Shown: positions 39,575 through 52,149 of the stretch, piece by piece
Layout of the letters: every line of letters starts with the position of its first letter
How positions within the stretch are numbered: position 1 is the stretch's first letter
Assembly: GCF_964194155.1 (NCBI RefSeq)
Contig: NC_135901.1
Coordinates: 17,360,001 to 17,424,000, forward strand
Reading direction: 5' to 3'
From: Cetorhinus maximus
Lineage: Eukaryota
DNA length: 64,000 nucleotides
The notes under the pieces: model-generated
What the model was told of the DNA's origin: nothing
The model's input: the letters and a program-made list of their open reading frames with translations, nothing else
Databases searched by the model: none
Translations under genes and position numbers: made by a program

Positions 39575-40380
39575 TCAGGGTGATTTGATTGAAGTGTATA
39601 GAAGATCCCGAACGGCCTTGACAAGGTGAATGTCGAAAGGATGTTTCCTCTTATGGGTGAGTCCAGAACTAGGGGGCACTGTTTTAAAATTAGAGGTCGC
39701 CCTTTTAGGACAGAGATGAGGAGAATTTTTTCTCTCTCAGAGGGTAGTGCGACTTTCGAAGTCTCTTCCTCAGAAGATGGTGGAGCCGGAGTAATTGAAT
39801 ATTTTTAAGGAGGAGGTGGACAGATTCTTGTGAGGCAAGGGAATCAAAGGTTGCCGGGGTTAGATGGGGATGTGGAAATCGAAACACAAGAGGATCAGTC
39901 ATGATCTTATTGAATGGCGGAGCAGGCTCGAGGGGCTGAACGGTCAACTCCTGTTCCTATTTCTTATGTTCTAATGTTCCAATCATGTCAATATTTCCTA
40001 TGGGGGAAAATGTTAACATCTCCACTGTTAGAGGTGAATAAGATTAGGGCAGGTTTAGATAAAGTAGACAAAGTAAAGCTGTTCCCATTAGCGAGGTACA
40101 GGAGACACAGATTTGAGGTTTTGCACAGGGGATGCGAGGGAGATGTGAGGAAGAACTTTTTTACATAGCGAGTGGTAATGAACTCGCTGCCCACGAGGGT
40201 GGTGGAAGCAGAGATGATGAATGATTTCAAAAGGAAATTGGGTGGAAACCTGATGGAAATAAACTTGCAGGGGTACGGGGATAGAGTGGAGGGAATGGGA
40301 CTGACTGGATTGCTCTACAGAGGACCAGCATGGACCCAATGGGCCAAATGGCCTCCCTTCTAAGTGGTAATGGCTCATTG
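39575..40380 (+). mobile_element. Two tandem CR1 3' fragments
   Basis: ERMFPLMGESRTRGH and NSLPTRVVEAE motifs. Confidence 0.85.
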
Positions 40381-41164
40381 ACCATCATCTGTGGCCTTAT
40401 ACCCTACTATTGAACAAAATGTTAAAGTCTCTTTTCCTACATATATCCAAAAACTTTCTACACAAATTTCCATTTGCTTTTTCAACTCATTAAAACTTCT
40501 AGCATACAAATTGAGGCTTTAAAAACATTACGCATTTCACATGATTAAATTTATCCATAGGGTTTTTATTTGAAAGGGCCGACTTTTCTACACGACAGCA
40601 GCACAGAAACAGACCATTCGGCCCATCTGCTGCATGCCAGTATTTCTGATCCACATGAGCCTTCTCCCACCCCCTTACCACATCCTTCTGTTCCTTTCTC
40701 TCTAATGTCGCTCCAACTTCCCTTTAAACATATCTATGCTATCCACCTCAACCCCTCCCTGTGGTAGCGATTTCCACATTCTCACCACTCGCTGGGAAAT
40801 GAAGTTTCTCCCGAATTCCCCATCGGAGTTTCCATTCAAAAGGTCTCAACCTCTTCCAGCACTTTGAGTTTAAGACTCAATATCCATACACTTACAGCTG
40901 TATTTTCACTGTCTAAATATATATCAAAGGCTCCTTGGTAGCTGGAATATAATGGCACTGAGATAGACGAGTCACTGAATGTTCTGGTTCAACCCTTATC
41001 AGACTCGAAAGAGTTTCAACCCTTATCAGTGTGTGCATTACTTTTCAAAACTATTTAAATGAAATGCTGGAGGGGAACATTTTAATAAGTTTATTTGGAT
41101 AAAATTCCTGTTTAATATTTTGAAAGGTGATTATTTGTGCAGTGATTTAACATCTCCTACTTGG

Positions 41165-41545
41165 GCAGCCCTTCAGGGTCGAGAATGACTTACTTCCACT
41201 CCAGTCCAGTGGGTTCTATGGTGGCTGAGAAGCCCAGCGTACGATCTCAGACTGTTCCACATGCAGCGGCAGCTGGAGATTGAAGGGTGGGGCAGATGGC
41301 TCCTCTGCGGGTTTGCGCGCTCTTTCGGACGCCTGGGCTTCACCTTCACAAAAGAAACTCCTCCATCCATTTTGGTCGGTCACAAGCCAGGGACTCCCAT
41401 GAGTCGGTGTTACTTGGGGCGGGGGATGCGGGGGAGGGGGGCGGTGAGGAGAAGCGTCACTGAAGCGTCTCCTGCCTCCACTGAGTTCTGAGTACAGCAG
41501 TTGCTTCCAGAGTCTGGTATCAGGCATATGAAAGAACTGTCCTGC
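41165..41545 (-). mobile_element. RTE-type LINE 3' fragment
   Basis: MPDTRLWKQLLYSELSGGRR and GLLSHHRTH motifs. Confidence 0.7.
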
Positions 41546-43499
41546 GCACCAGAGTGGGTTTGGAGTGATTTGCGCCTCACCACTGGGCATATTGGCTTGG
41601 GAAGAGGAAGCTGGTGTTGGATGGCTTTTCTAGTTTAAAAAATAAACGGCAGGAATGATTACACATAATTATGCTTTTGAGGGATTCTGCATAGAGGTGG
41701 TTGGACATTGGAGACTCATTTTTCAGATTTTTTCCCCCCAAACACACCATACTTTGGGAAGTCAAGATGCCAAATGTGCTGATGCTGTAGCATATTAAAT
41801 CATTCTGCTAGCATAGACGCGACCCAGAGGGACTCATCAACTTGGTAATGATATTCTTTGTTCGCCAATATGCAAAAATTTGAGGTTTAGTCGTCAGAAT
41901 CCTCCAGGCCCACTTCAAACTCGCAGGCTTCCCTTCTAAAACGGAACACAATTTATTGGCTGCGATCTCACCTTAAATCTGGCCCTGCCAAAGGGGCTTC
42001 CCCGAAGGAAATGTTGCCAATTTCGCTTTCTTTGGAACAGAGGAGACCAAGGAATAGAATGTAAGTGGTGTACAAAGTTAGGCATTTTATCTATAATGGA
42101 GAGGGCCATGATGCAGAGTGGATATGAAGTACCCATTTCCTCAAGGAGCTCTGTATTTGAGAGGACTGCCTAATTGTGTTGATACGTGCGCGTGCAGGAG
42201 ATTAATTGGAGTCAGGTTGTCTTTAGGTTTTGAAAGATGTAAAGGATAGGGGTGTTAAGCTTGAGGTACAAGTAACTAGGTTAGATCTAAAATTTGCATT
42301 TTTAGAGAAGTTGAGAGTTTGTTTGAATATCAAAGGGGAGTCAGAGGTACCAAAAAACATCTTTACATTTCGCAGGGAGTTCCATAGGTAGAGTAGTGGG
42401 GTGACGATATTTTATTGACCCAAAAAGCAAAGACAAGACAGAAACAGAAAAAGATTTTATATGTGGAAGGATTTGAGTTTCAAAGGTGTGAGAACAGTGG
42501 AACTGGGATGGAAGGGGAAAGAGTTTAGGATTAGAGATAGCTGGAGCTCTGGGCCCGGAGAGCTTGCCATTTGAACCGGCCATTAGTAAGTCCTGGGCTG
42601 CAACAAGCAGTTTTATTCTGAAGTGGATTCCAACGTAGAGTGGAAGAGGTTAGAGGTCATGTGCTATGCCTTTATTAAAGCTACAATACTTCACCTTGTG
42701 TAATATTACTGGATTTTATAGTTAACCATCTATAAAGGGACTGTTGCCCGGGAGGTGTTGCCTGGGAGGTGTTTACATGTAGGATTGACCAAGTAGAATT
42801 TTCCTTTTTTTGGGGCATGTTTTTTAAAAACTAACATTAATGGTGTAACTAATCGTGTGTGTTTACGTTTCCTTTTATTGTTGCTAATAAAACTTTTGGG
42901 ATTTTAAGAAATAAAAGTAAAAGCATTACTGGACTTCTTACTAAGATCGGTACATCGCCTTGTTTTCAGAATACAAAACAAAGGGTATCGTCCATAAGAC
43001 AAGTTTCCCTGAGATTTGGTTTGCTCAGCAATTAACACCGGCTGTGGTTATAACAATGGAAGATGGCCACACTCCCAAGGACCTTCCATGTAGCAAGGTA
43101 CATGGACCCAAATTACTAGTGGACAACAAAAGCAATGGTTCAGGGATAATTGTAGCCATGACACGAAGGCCCTAACCATCGACAATTGCACCTGGAAGTC
43201 AATTCTTTTAGGTTGGCATGCTATGCCACAAATGGCCAGTGGCAACAATCCCCAATGTCAACAATCCCCAATGTCACTTGGCAGCTTCATGGTGCAATGC
43301 CTGAGACAGAACCTGTCACTTGGCCTTCAAAGATAAAGGTACACCAAGTGAAGACACCCCTCTGAATGGATCATTTGCTACCTGCCCACCAATTGACCTC
43401 ACCAAGGGGAATGTTGGTGTCCTTCAACAACCAGGAGACAAATATAATGTCATTGGCAGAAGGATTAGATGGGCATAGAAACGGAACTATCCATATAAA

Positions 43500-44100
43500 T
43501 ATTGTGGCTACGAGAGGTCAGAGGCCAGGAACCATGTGACAAGTAACTCATATCCTGACTCCAAAGCTTGTCCACCATCTGCAAAGCACAAGTCAGGAGT
43601 GTGATGGAATACTCCACTTGTCTGGATGAGTGCAGCTCCCACAACACTCAAGAAGCTCGACACCATCCAGGACAAAGCAGCCCCGCTTGATTGGCACCCC
43701 ATCCACAAACATTCACTCCCTCCACCACTGACAGTAGCAGCAATATGTACCATCTACAAGACGCACTGCAGGAATTCACCAAATCCCCTTCAAAGCACCT
43801 TCCAAACCCACAACCACCACCACCTAGAAGGACAAGGGCAGCAGACACATGGGAATACTACCACCTGGAAGTGCCCATCATTGTCACTCACCATCCCGAG
43901 TTGGAAATATATCAGCCATTCCTTCACTGTCATTGGGTAAAACTCCTGGAACTCCCTCCCTAACAGCGTTGTGAGTGTATCTGTACCACATGTACTGCAG
44001 CTGTTTGAGGCAGCTCACCACCACCCTCAAGGGCGACTAGGGATGGGTAATAAATGCTGGCCCAGCCCGCATAGCCCACATCCCATGAATGAATTTTTAG
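43500..44100 (+). mobile_element. LINE 3' end family; other copies at ~7275-7535, 10580-11030, 53580-54600(-), 55110-55330, 59305-59700(-)
   Basis: MSAAPTTLKKLDTIQDKAA...CTIYKTHC, with a 3' tail shared with the tRNA SINE. Confidence 0.8.
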
Positions 44101-46147
44101 AAATTCATGTGATGGGGTACAGGCAGCAACCTTATACACATTTATTGGATGTGGACATCGCTGGCCTTGTCAGCATTTATCGCCCATCCCTAACTGACCT
44201 TGTTCAGACATTAAGAGTCAACCACGTTGCTGTGCATCTGGAGTCACATGTAGGCCAGATAAGGACATCTGAAGGTCAGTGAACCGGATGGGATTTTACA
44301 ACAAGAAAAATGGTCAGACATGGGGTCTATTTTATTTTATAAATTGACTTCAAATTTCACCATTTGGATTTGAACTTAGGGCCCCAGAGCATTATCCTGG
44401 GTCTCTGGAATACCAGCCTGGTGACAATACCACTACGGCACCACTTCTCCAAAAAGTGCACTTGGAAATCTGCGTGTCATGCTGTAACCCACAAGGCTAG
44501 GGACCAATCCCAGTTGGCACAGACATGGGCCAAATAGCTTCACTATGCTGCAACTCAAAACAAAAATTGCTTTTAAAGTTATCCAGGGTTTGGGAATGTG
44601 TGTATACCTAATCCAGTTTTACAGAAACAGAACTACACAGTTAGCATAGAGAAACAAATTCCAAGGTAGCTGACTCCAGGATAAATTGCATAAGTTATTC
44701 ATTTTAATAAATCAATTCCTCACGGGTGACAGACAGCTCCAATACAAAAGTCTTTGATGACCCACATACAAACATGCATTTATGAAAACAGTATTTACAG
44801 GAAATTTTTGAACAGAACTGGAAAATGAAAAAGTGGATGACAAACAGGTTACATGCAGCAGTTAACAAAATGTTGAAGTTTTTAAAAAAAAATTTTTTTA
44901 AGTCAACTGCAGTTAAACCCTTCACTAAAGCTACTTTGAAAAGTCAGATAACAGTCACTGTGCACATTAATAATTTTATTTAAATTCTGAAGTTTCTCAA
45001 ATAACCGTAGTGAGTTCAGTTATCAATTGGAAATAGACTGAAACGTTAAGTTGTGCGAATTTTGACACTCCCATTGGCATTCCTTTCGTGAAATAAAATG
45101 AGACTCACTCAGCAGTAATCTGTACAAGAAACAGCTTTGTTTACATTTTCAGCAAAAAAAGTGAGTTTACTTGCATTGCTCAGAAATCACATCTTTCATT
45201 TCTTTTGCACACACTTGGCATTTCCTTTGAATCCTGGCCTTTCACCCACCAATTCCCCCTGCAGTGACAATTCTCTAAAATCTCCTCCTGTTGGGAGGAG
45301 AGGAAAACAAAGCTATGCCGTCAATAGTCAGCCATTCTGCCAAAATATTGGGCTCAATTAGTGTTGATGTGCTTGAAACAAAGGTTAAATTTTTTTTTAA
45401 AATTGAAGTGTTGCTCGACAACCACACTGGACTCAGGTTGAAGTCAAAAATATCACGCCCATCACCTTTAAAAGTGGAGAGTCAGCAATTCAATCTACAC
45501 TCGGGCTTCCAAAGACGGTCATTGGCTGTTTAATGATGGTGTTTACTATTACAACATCTACAAGAGCTATTGCTACTTTTAACATGGGAAGGATAGAAGA
45601 AATGATCCCCAATATTGCATCAACACTTGGATGTACAATACAGGTTAAACTTACAAAAGAAAACACATCTGGGTTATGTTGCTCATTCAGACAAAGAGGG
45701 TCAGTCAATATGTTGCATTGACAACAGCTGGAGGGTTGCAGTAATGTGCTTAGGCGAAACTTCACACCCACCTAGCATGGTAGCTACCAGCTGCAGTGAA
45801 ATACGAGTCTTGTAATGCCTAGCCTTCAATTTTGGCCCATGCCCATGTGGACTGCCAATTAGAATTTCATCTGCAAGCCAATCTCGTTTAGTTAGTTGTG
45901 GAAGGTCTTGGGATGAAATGGCTATGTTTTGTAATTGAAGAGAATGCATTGTGCATTAACAATCTTGGACTGGCAGAGCATGGAATGCCTCTGCAACAAG
46001 ATTACATTGCAGACTATGGAGGAAAATAGGGAATTAAGCCACTTCACCCACCAGAGGATGCCAATGTTGGCCTTTGATACTGAAGTTGAGCTTTCCTCTC
46101 CCTTCATGTGTACCAAACACCATTAGATTGTTGGGCCTCAAACAATG

Positions 46148-47317
46148 TTATTCACCCTTCAGTACATCCTCCATTTTCCTCTGAACACGGCAGGCATCGT
46201 CCGTAAACTTCTGCAGCATGGTATCCAACAAGCGGATGGTGGAAGCCCCAGACAGCTTACCTCCAGGCAGGGTCTCGAGGAAGGGAATCCACTTCACGTA
46301 GCTGTGGGGGACCGACACGTTTATCTTCGTCCACTTCAGCAGCTCCTCCGAGACGCCCTTCTCCGTCAGCATCTTCGCCATCGTGGTGTGGATCTCATCC
46401 GAGAGGACAAAGGTCGGCTGGCGAATCAGCTTGGCCCTTTTGCTCAAGGCCGGGTAGTCCAGCCCCAACAGGACGCGGTAAAGCCGGATCTCGTTGTACA
46501 GAAAGTGGACATTGGCCTGGTAAGGTAGCTGCTCGACCGGGATGGGGTCGATGAGGCAGCTGTAGACCGCCGACACCGGAATGAACTCCCTCAGAGAGTC
46601 CTTCAGCTCCATCTTGTTGGCCAGGTAGTGCAGGGAGAGCAGCAGGGCATGTTTCTGGAGTGGAGGAGAGGAATTTCTCTGCAGAGCCTGGACGCATTCC
46701 AGAAAGTCGAACCTATCAACCTGGTGGCAGGAGACACAGAAGAAGTGAGCAATCGCGTATTCAATGTTCAGGTTTGCAAAGTGGTCGGCGGTGAAAACAT
46801 TCAGGACGTCATCAACGAACTCCTTGTCCCTGTAGCCAGGAGGGCCCAAGTCAATCTTGGTGCGGATGAGGTAGAACTGCTTGCCAAGCCGCCTGAGCTC
46901 GCTGGCAAGGGTTGCGACCTCCCACGTGAACCACGTCGATGACAGGATGAAGAAGCCGACGTACTTGTCGACGTCCACCGTCTTCAGGTAGTTGCCCGAC
47001 GAGAGGCCGGGTCCCGGAACGCTAGGCAGCTCCCAGAACACGGAGCTGGGGTTTCCCGGCCGGCTGTAAGGCACCGGCTTGGTCACCTGTTGGGCGGGGC
47101 CGGTGGGTGCCGCGCCATCTTCGCCATCCTTGTAACCCATGACTGAATTAATGAAAGCAGACTTCCCCGCTCTCGGGGTCCCGGTGACCGCCACATGAAC
47201 CGTCACGCTTTCCAATCTGCTCCTCTCAGCTTTCACCAAAGATGCCACTTCGGATATCCCGCCACGGCTCATGGCATCTGAAAATCTTCCTATTATCCCC
47301 TCAATTTCCAAATCCAT
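46148..47317 (-). CDS. Immunity-related (p47/IRG) GTPase, interferon-inducible GTPase 5/IRGC-like, 389 aa, single coding exon
   Basis: VAVTGTPRAGKSAFIN (G1), GAAPTG, FWELPS (G3-like), FYLIRTKID (G4), FCVS (G5) and C-terminal PIP and YRVLLGLD. Acceptor tttctctcag| at 47327, ATG at 47317, and a long 3' UTR with poly(A) signals near 44980 and 44705. Confidence 0.9.
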   Translation of the reverse strand: MDLEIEGIIGRFSDAMSRGGISEVASLVKAERSRLESVTVHVAVTGTPRAGKSAFINSVMGYKDGEDGAAPTGPAQQVTKPVPYSRPGNPSSVFWELPSVPGPGLSSGNYLKTVDVDKYVGFFILSSTWFTWEVATLASELRRLGKQFYLIRTKIDLGPPGYRDKEFVDDVLNVFTADHFANLNIEYAIAHFFCVSCHQVDRFDFLECVQALQRNSSPPLQKHALLLSLHYLANKMELKDSLREFIPVSAVYSCLIDPIPVEQLPYQANVHFLYNEIRLYRVLLGLDYPALSKRAKLIRQPTFVLSDEIHTTMAKMLTEKGVSEELLKWTKINVSVPHSYVKWIPFLETLPGGKLSGASTIRLLDTMLQKFTDDACRVQRKMEDVLKGE

Positions 47318-50300
47318 GCTCGTAAACTGAGAGAAAAATAAACCAGAGTTATAATCTAATCTACAGCGTAGAACAAAGAATGAACACACCGATGATCTCC
47401 AAGAGTCCTCCTTCCGTTTCTTAGACCCACAAACAACACGTGGGAGGAGAGAGGGAGTGGAGGTGCCACATAATGGATGGCACTAGTAATCCAGAGACAC
47501 AGGGCAATGCTGTATGGGCCCGGGTTGGTGGAATTAGAATTCCATAAAAATCTGGAACTAAAAATCTATTGACGGCCACGAACCGATCTGGTTCACTAAT
47601 GCCCTTTCGGGAAGGAAATCTGCCGCTGTCCTTACCTGGTCTGGCCTACATGCCGTTAATTCTGACACCCACGCCCCATGAATGAAGAAGAAAATTTAAA
47701 TCAATGCCAACTGAGGGAAGTCACCTTTTTCTCAGGCCTTGAGGAAACAGACAGGTCACTTTGTATAGATGGAGGCCTGATTTTAATCTCTTGTGAGACA
47801 AATCTTCTTGTTGTATCTAGCAGACTAGCACGCAAGGAGGCCATTCGATCTGTCAACTGAGCAATTCAACTAGTGCCATTCCCCTGTAGTCCTGCATATT
47901 CTGCTGTCCTGTAGCCAAGATCTCACTATTTTTATAAAACTTAAATGGCTAAGTTACATACTTAAAAAAACTGGATAAAGGCTTTCAAATGACTGGAGCC
48001 ATTGCTGGCTGACTCAAACAAAAGTAACTTCCTGGCACTCAGAACAGCTGCCACCTCGTTATCTCTGAAGAGATGCCAATGATTGTTGCGACTGCAAAGA
48101 TCAAATCCAAGGGAATTGTACAAAGACCAATTACATTTCTGAGGCCAAGGCCTGGCCAACAGAGAAGACCAGTCTGATAGTTCAAAGGACCCCAAAACCT
48201 CTTGGAATGATTAATGGTTGAAACATTAACCATCAAGAATGCAGTCTAAGGAATATAAATAAATCCTTTGTCCGAACCAAAGTTGAGAAGTGGGAGTAAT
48301 ATCACATGATTTCCCCAGCATCCTAGCTGGGAGAACCAGTTACCCTGCCTTGTGGAACTGCGAAGCAGATTGCTATCTTCCATAGAGCAAGTGGCAGCAG
48401 AGCCAGGACTCTGTCCAAGTTTAAATGGCCCTAGCCCCCCCATCTACACTGTTTCTACCAGAACTTACTGCACCAGCGCCTACAAGACTAATTCATCTCA
48501 TCATAGAAGTTCTGCGCACTGGAAAAGCGAATTATCCAGGATTAGTCTTCAACCTGCCGACTCTGAAAGGAATACATCATTGGACCTTTGATTCTGGAGT
48601 CCAGTGAAATAATTTTTATTTTCTGTGGTCTTTGCCCTGTACTTCTTCCTTTATCCCTCTTTTGTATGAATGTATAAGGGGGGGGGGGGGGGGGGGGGGG
48701 GGGGGGTGGGTGGGTGTTGTGGCAAACCCTCCTTCCTGCTTTGTACGTGTAAAATAAACTCTTCCGATTCTACCCTCGAGTTTGCCGTGGAGTGGTTAAC
48801 AAAAATTGGATCACATCAAAACTGAGGCTTGGGGGGAAAAAAATGCCACCACTTTTGAAATCACTCATCCCCACCACTTCCACCACCCCTCACGGGCACC
48901 ACACTCGCAGTGTTAAAAAATAAAAATGTTCTTCACACTTCTCCTCCAACCCCTCCCCCCGCCTCAACTAAAATCTGTTCCTAGTCCTTGGTATCATCAG
49001 CTTTTACTCGTACAGGAAAAACGTGGAGAAGCTGGGATTGCTCTCTTGAGCATGGAGAAGCTTAAGAGGATATTGAGGTTCTGAAAAAAATATCACAAAC
49101 CGTTCAATGGCAGCAGAGTTAGATTTTAAACGGGGGATTGCTGAAAATACCGTAGCAACACGAGAAAGTTTTTTTAAAAAACGGTTGTGAAATGATGGCA
49201 GTAGCAGATTCTAAAATGAATATTCCTATTTGTGGAACTTTAAGGCTACAGGGAACACCGCAAGAGCGGAACTAATCAGATAAGAGTCAGTACATGCAGG
49301 GTGGGCTGAATGGCCTCCCCGTGCTGTACAAATGCAGAAACTGTTTAGCCTGCAGATGGTCAACCGTGATGGTCTAGCATTCAGCTGGACGGCAGTGTAA
49401 ATAAATGCAGGATTAATTACATCTGATGGAGGCAAGTCCCATATGTAAGAAGTCAACCAAACCCATTTCTACTCAGATGTAGAGAGGACAACCGCAAGGC
49501 ACAGGGCCCTCTATGACCAGTTGTCTATGTTAGTGTGCGGGTAAATCATTTCTTCAAAAGATCTCAAGCAGGCTATCAGGGTCACTGACCAGGGGAAGTC
49601 AATTCTGACAGCATAGAACGAAACAAACCACTCAAATTCAACCTTTGATTTGCACATCAATCCAAGAAATACTATGATACAATGCCAAAAGTATCTTTAC
49701 AGTGCAAGAGGACAACACTTGGCCCGTTGTGTCTGCACTGTCTCTCTGAAAGAGCATTCTGCATAGTCCCACTCCTCTGCCTTATCCCTGTAACCTCGCA
49801 CACTTTTCAGGGAGCAATCCAATTTCCCTTTGAATAGCGCGGTTGAACCTGCCTCCACCAACCTTTCAGGAAGTTAGTTCAAGACTCCAACCACCCTCTG
49901 GGTGAAATAATTTTCCTCACATCACATTTACTCCTTTTCCCACAATTATTTTGAATCTGTACCCTCTAGCTCTTGATGTTCTCTTGAGTGGTAACAGTTT
50001 CTCACTATTTACCCTGTCCATACCCCTCAGGATCTTGAATCTCTCTTATCTAGTCTCTTCTCAGCCTTATTTTCTCCAAAAGAGTCCCAGCCTATCCTTA
50101 TAGCTACAGTTCTTCATCCCAGGAATCATTGTGAATCTAGAGAATATATCAATCAATATTTTCTTTGGAACATAGGGAAACCTAATACAACCCCTCCTGA
50201 TCACACGAGTGGTAATGCTCCAGTCAAGCCTCCTCCCACCTAACTCAGTATACCTCTCTATTCCCATTTCCCTAATGTATTTAAAGGGGGAAGATGGATA

Positions 50301-52149
50301 AATACATCTACACTATTCACCTCAACCACTCCCTGTGGGAGCGAGTTCCACACTCTCCCGCACTCTGAGGATCCCTAAATCTGGTCTCCCCCACAAGTGG
50401 AAACCTATTATAATCACATTTATATGTTTTAAAAGACCCCAGACAGCATCTAAAAGCTAAGTACTAGGGAACGTGATTGGATGATTCTCAAAAAAAAAAC
50501 AAGCCAGAATATCCAATTTAGAACAAAGTCAGATTTTTCATTGCAAAATAATGTAACATTAAAACTCAGTCAGAACTTTATACTAGTAACTCAAATTAAT
50601 GAGCATCATTATTTGTCAGGAAAAATCAATAGGATTTCAAATCAAATTAATTATGAAAAGCTGCTCAATGGCCTGATTAATCTATCACTGCAGTGTTTAG
50701 CACATTTAGATTTAACATATATCTCCACCAAGACAGCATTATTCAACAGAGATTATATCGTGATAAAAAAGGTACTGGGAATTAATTACAGACCCAACAT
50801 CACCTTCCTTCTCCCAATAACCATTTCTATCTCAATTTCAAATCTGTTTTCTGGTTTAGGCTGGAGGCCAACAGCTCCAACGAACATTAGCCTTATTAAA
50901 GGAGGATTGGCTCTGCGCTACCAGTCACTATCACAGGACAAAGAGGTAGCTCTTTCAAATAATCCAACACAAATAGCCTTCTTCCTCTTAGACATGTTAT
51001 TCCATTTCATTCACTAAGAAACTTTAATGGTTTTGGAAAAGTCTGAGATCACTGGAAACAATCAGAGCCTCCCTAATTTGTTTAGTGGAAGGACAGACAA
51101 GGAGCTGCTCAGCAATTCAAATTGTCAAAAACGCAAAGGGAATGTTACTTCAAGACCTTTAGGTTCCTCACTCACCAAAGTAACAAGCATGCTAAAAACG
51201 ATAGTAGTGCCATGACCAAGAGATGAGGGGAACAATGAGTTTTTTCCTCAATAGTTCACAAAAATTGTTGCCAGCCATTTTAATTCTCTACCTTACTCTC
51301 ACTCCAACCTGTCCTCAGCCTACTCCACTATTCCAGTGAAGCCCAAGGAACAGCACTTCATCTCAAATCAGACACTGCCTACAGCCTTCAAAGTTCAACA
51401 ATTTCAGACTAATCTCTGCCCCCATTTTGTTTCTTTTGCCAGTTTCACTTTTACTTTTTTTTTTAAAAAAAGCATTCAGACAACAGCGGCTTTAAAAATT
51501 CTGCCCTTCACACCTATAGACACATTTTGTTTCTTTACTTATCCTAAAACTAATTCCCTTGACACCACACCATAAAACCTCTCATCCTTCAATCACTTAC
51601 ATTTCAATTTTGAAAACAATCCTCTCCACTTGCTGAAAATCTATTCCATTTCTATCTTTACTCAGTTCTGATAAAAGGTCATAAACCTGAAACATTAACT
51701 CTACTTGTTTTTCTCCTTTCTCCCCACAGATAGTGCCCAACCTGCTGATTGCTCCCAACATTTCCGGTTTGCCTCCAACTGAAGGTCCATCATCCACTTA
51801 CCTGGATGAATATCCTTCACTAACCACCCAATCATTCAACTCTGCTAAATGCTCCCACAGCTTTTATATAATGCTAATTGATCTCTTCTGACTACTTAAC
51901 TGAAGCACCTATGTCAATTTGAAAAAGGTGCAGCCCAGTTTCCATTGACTCATTGTCGCCTCTCAGAATATTTATTATGTAACATCTCCACCATCTCATT
52001 GAGCCAATTATTGGTTAATGGAAGCAAAGGGGCATCCAAAGTGACTAACTTGACTCAGAAACCAACTGTGAAATGTTGCATCCACTTAGACATGATCATG
52101 GTCAAGTGAAAAGGCCACCCCCTTGGGACACGACAGTTAAATAGTAGTC

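Noticed and set aside
42150-43055. Possible solo LTRs (also ~47900-48870 and ~16570-16960)
   Set aside because: They have an LTR-like texture (AATAAA, and a TAACA end at 43054), but both termini and a TSD could not be fixed.
47318-47389. N-terminal extension MCSFFVLRC... of the IRG ORF
   Set aside because: It starts at GTG and crosses a polypyrimidine tract and acceptor at 47327, so most of it is intronic.
48678-48706. Long poly-G run
   Set aside because: Simple homopolymer of unreliable length inside an LTR-like region.
50481-51215. 178-aa and 62-aa ORFs
   Set aside because: AT-rich, with no domain similarity or exon signals recognised.
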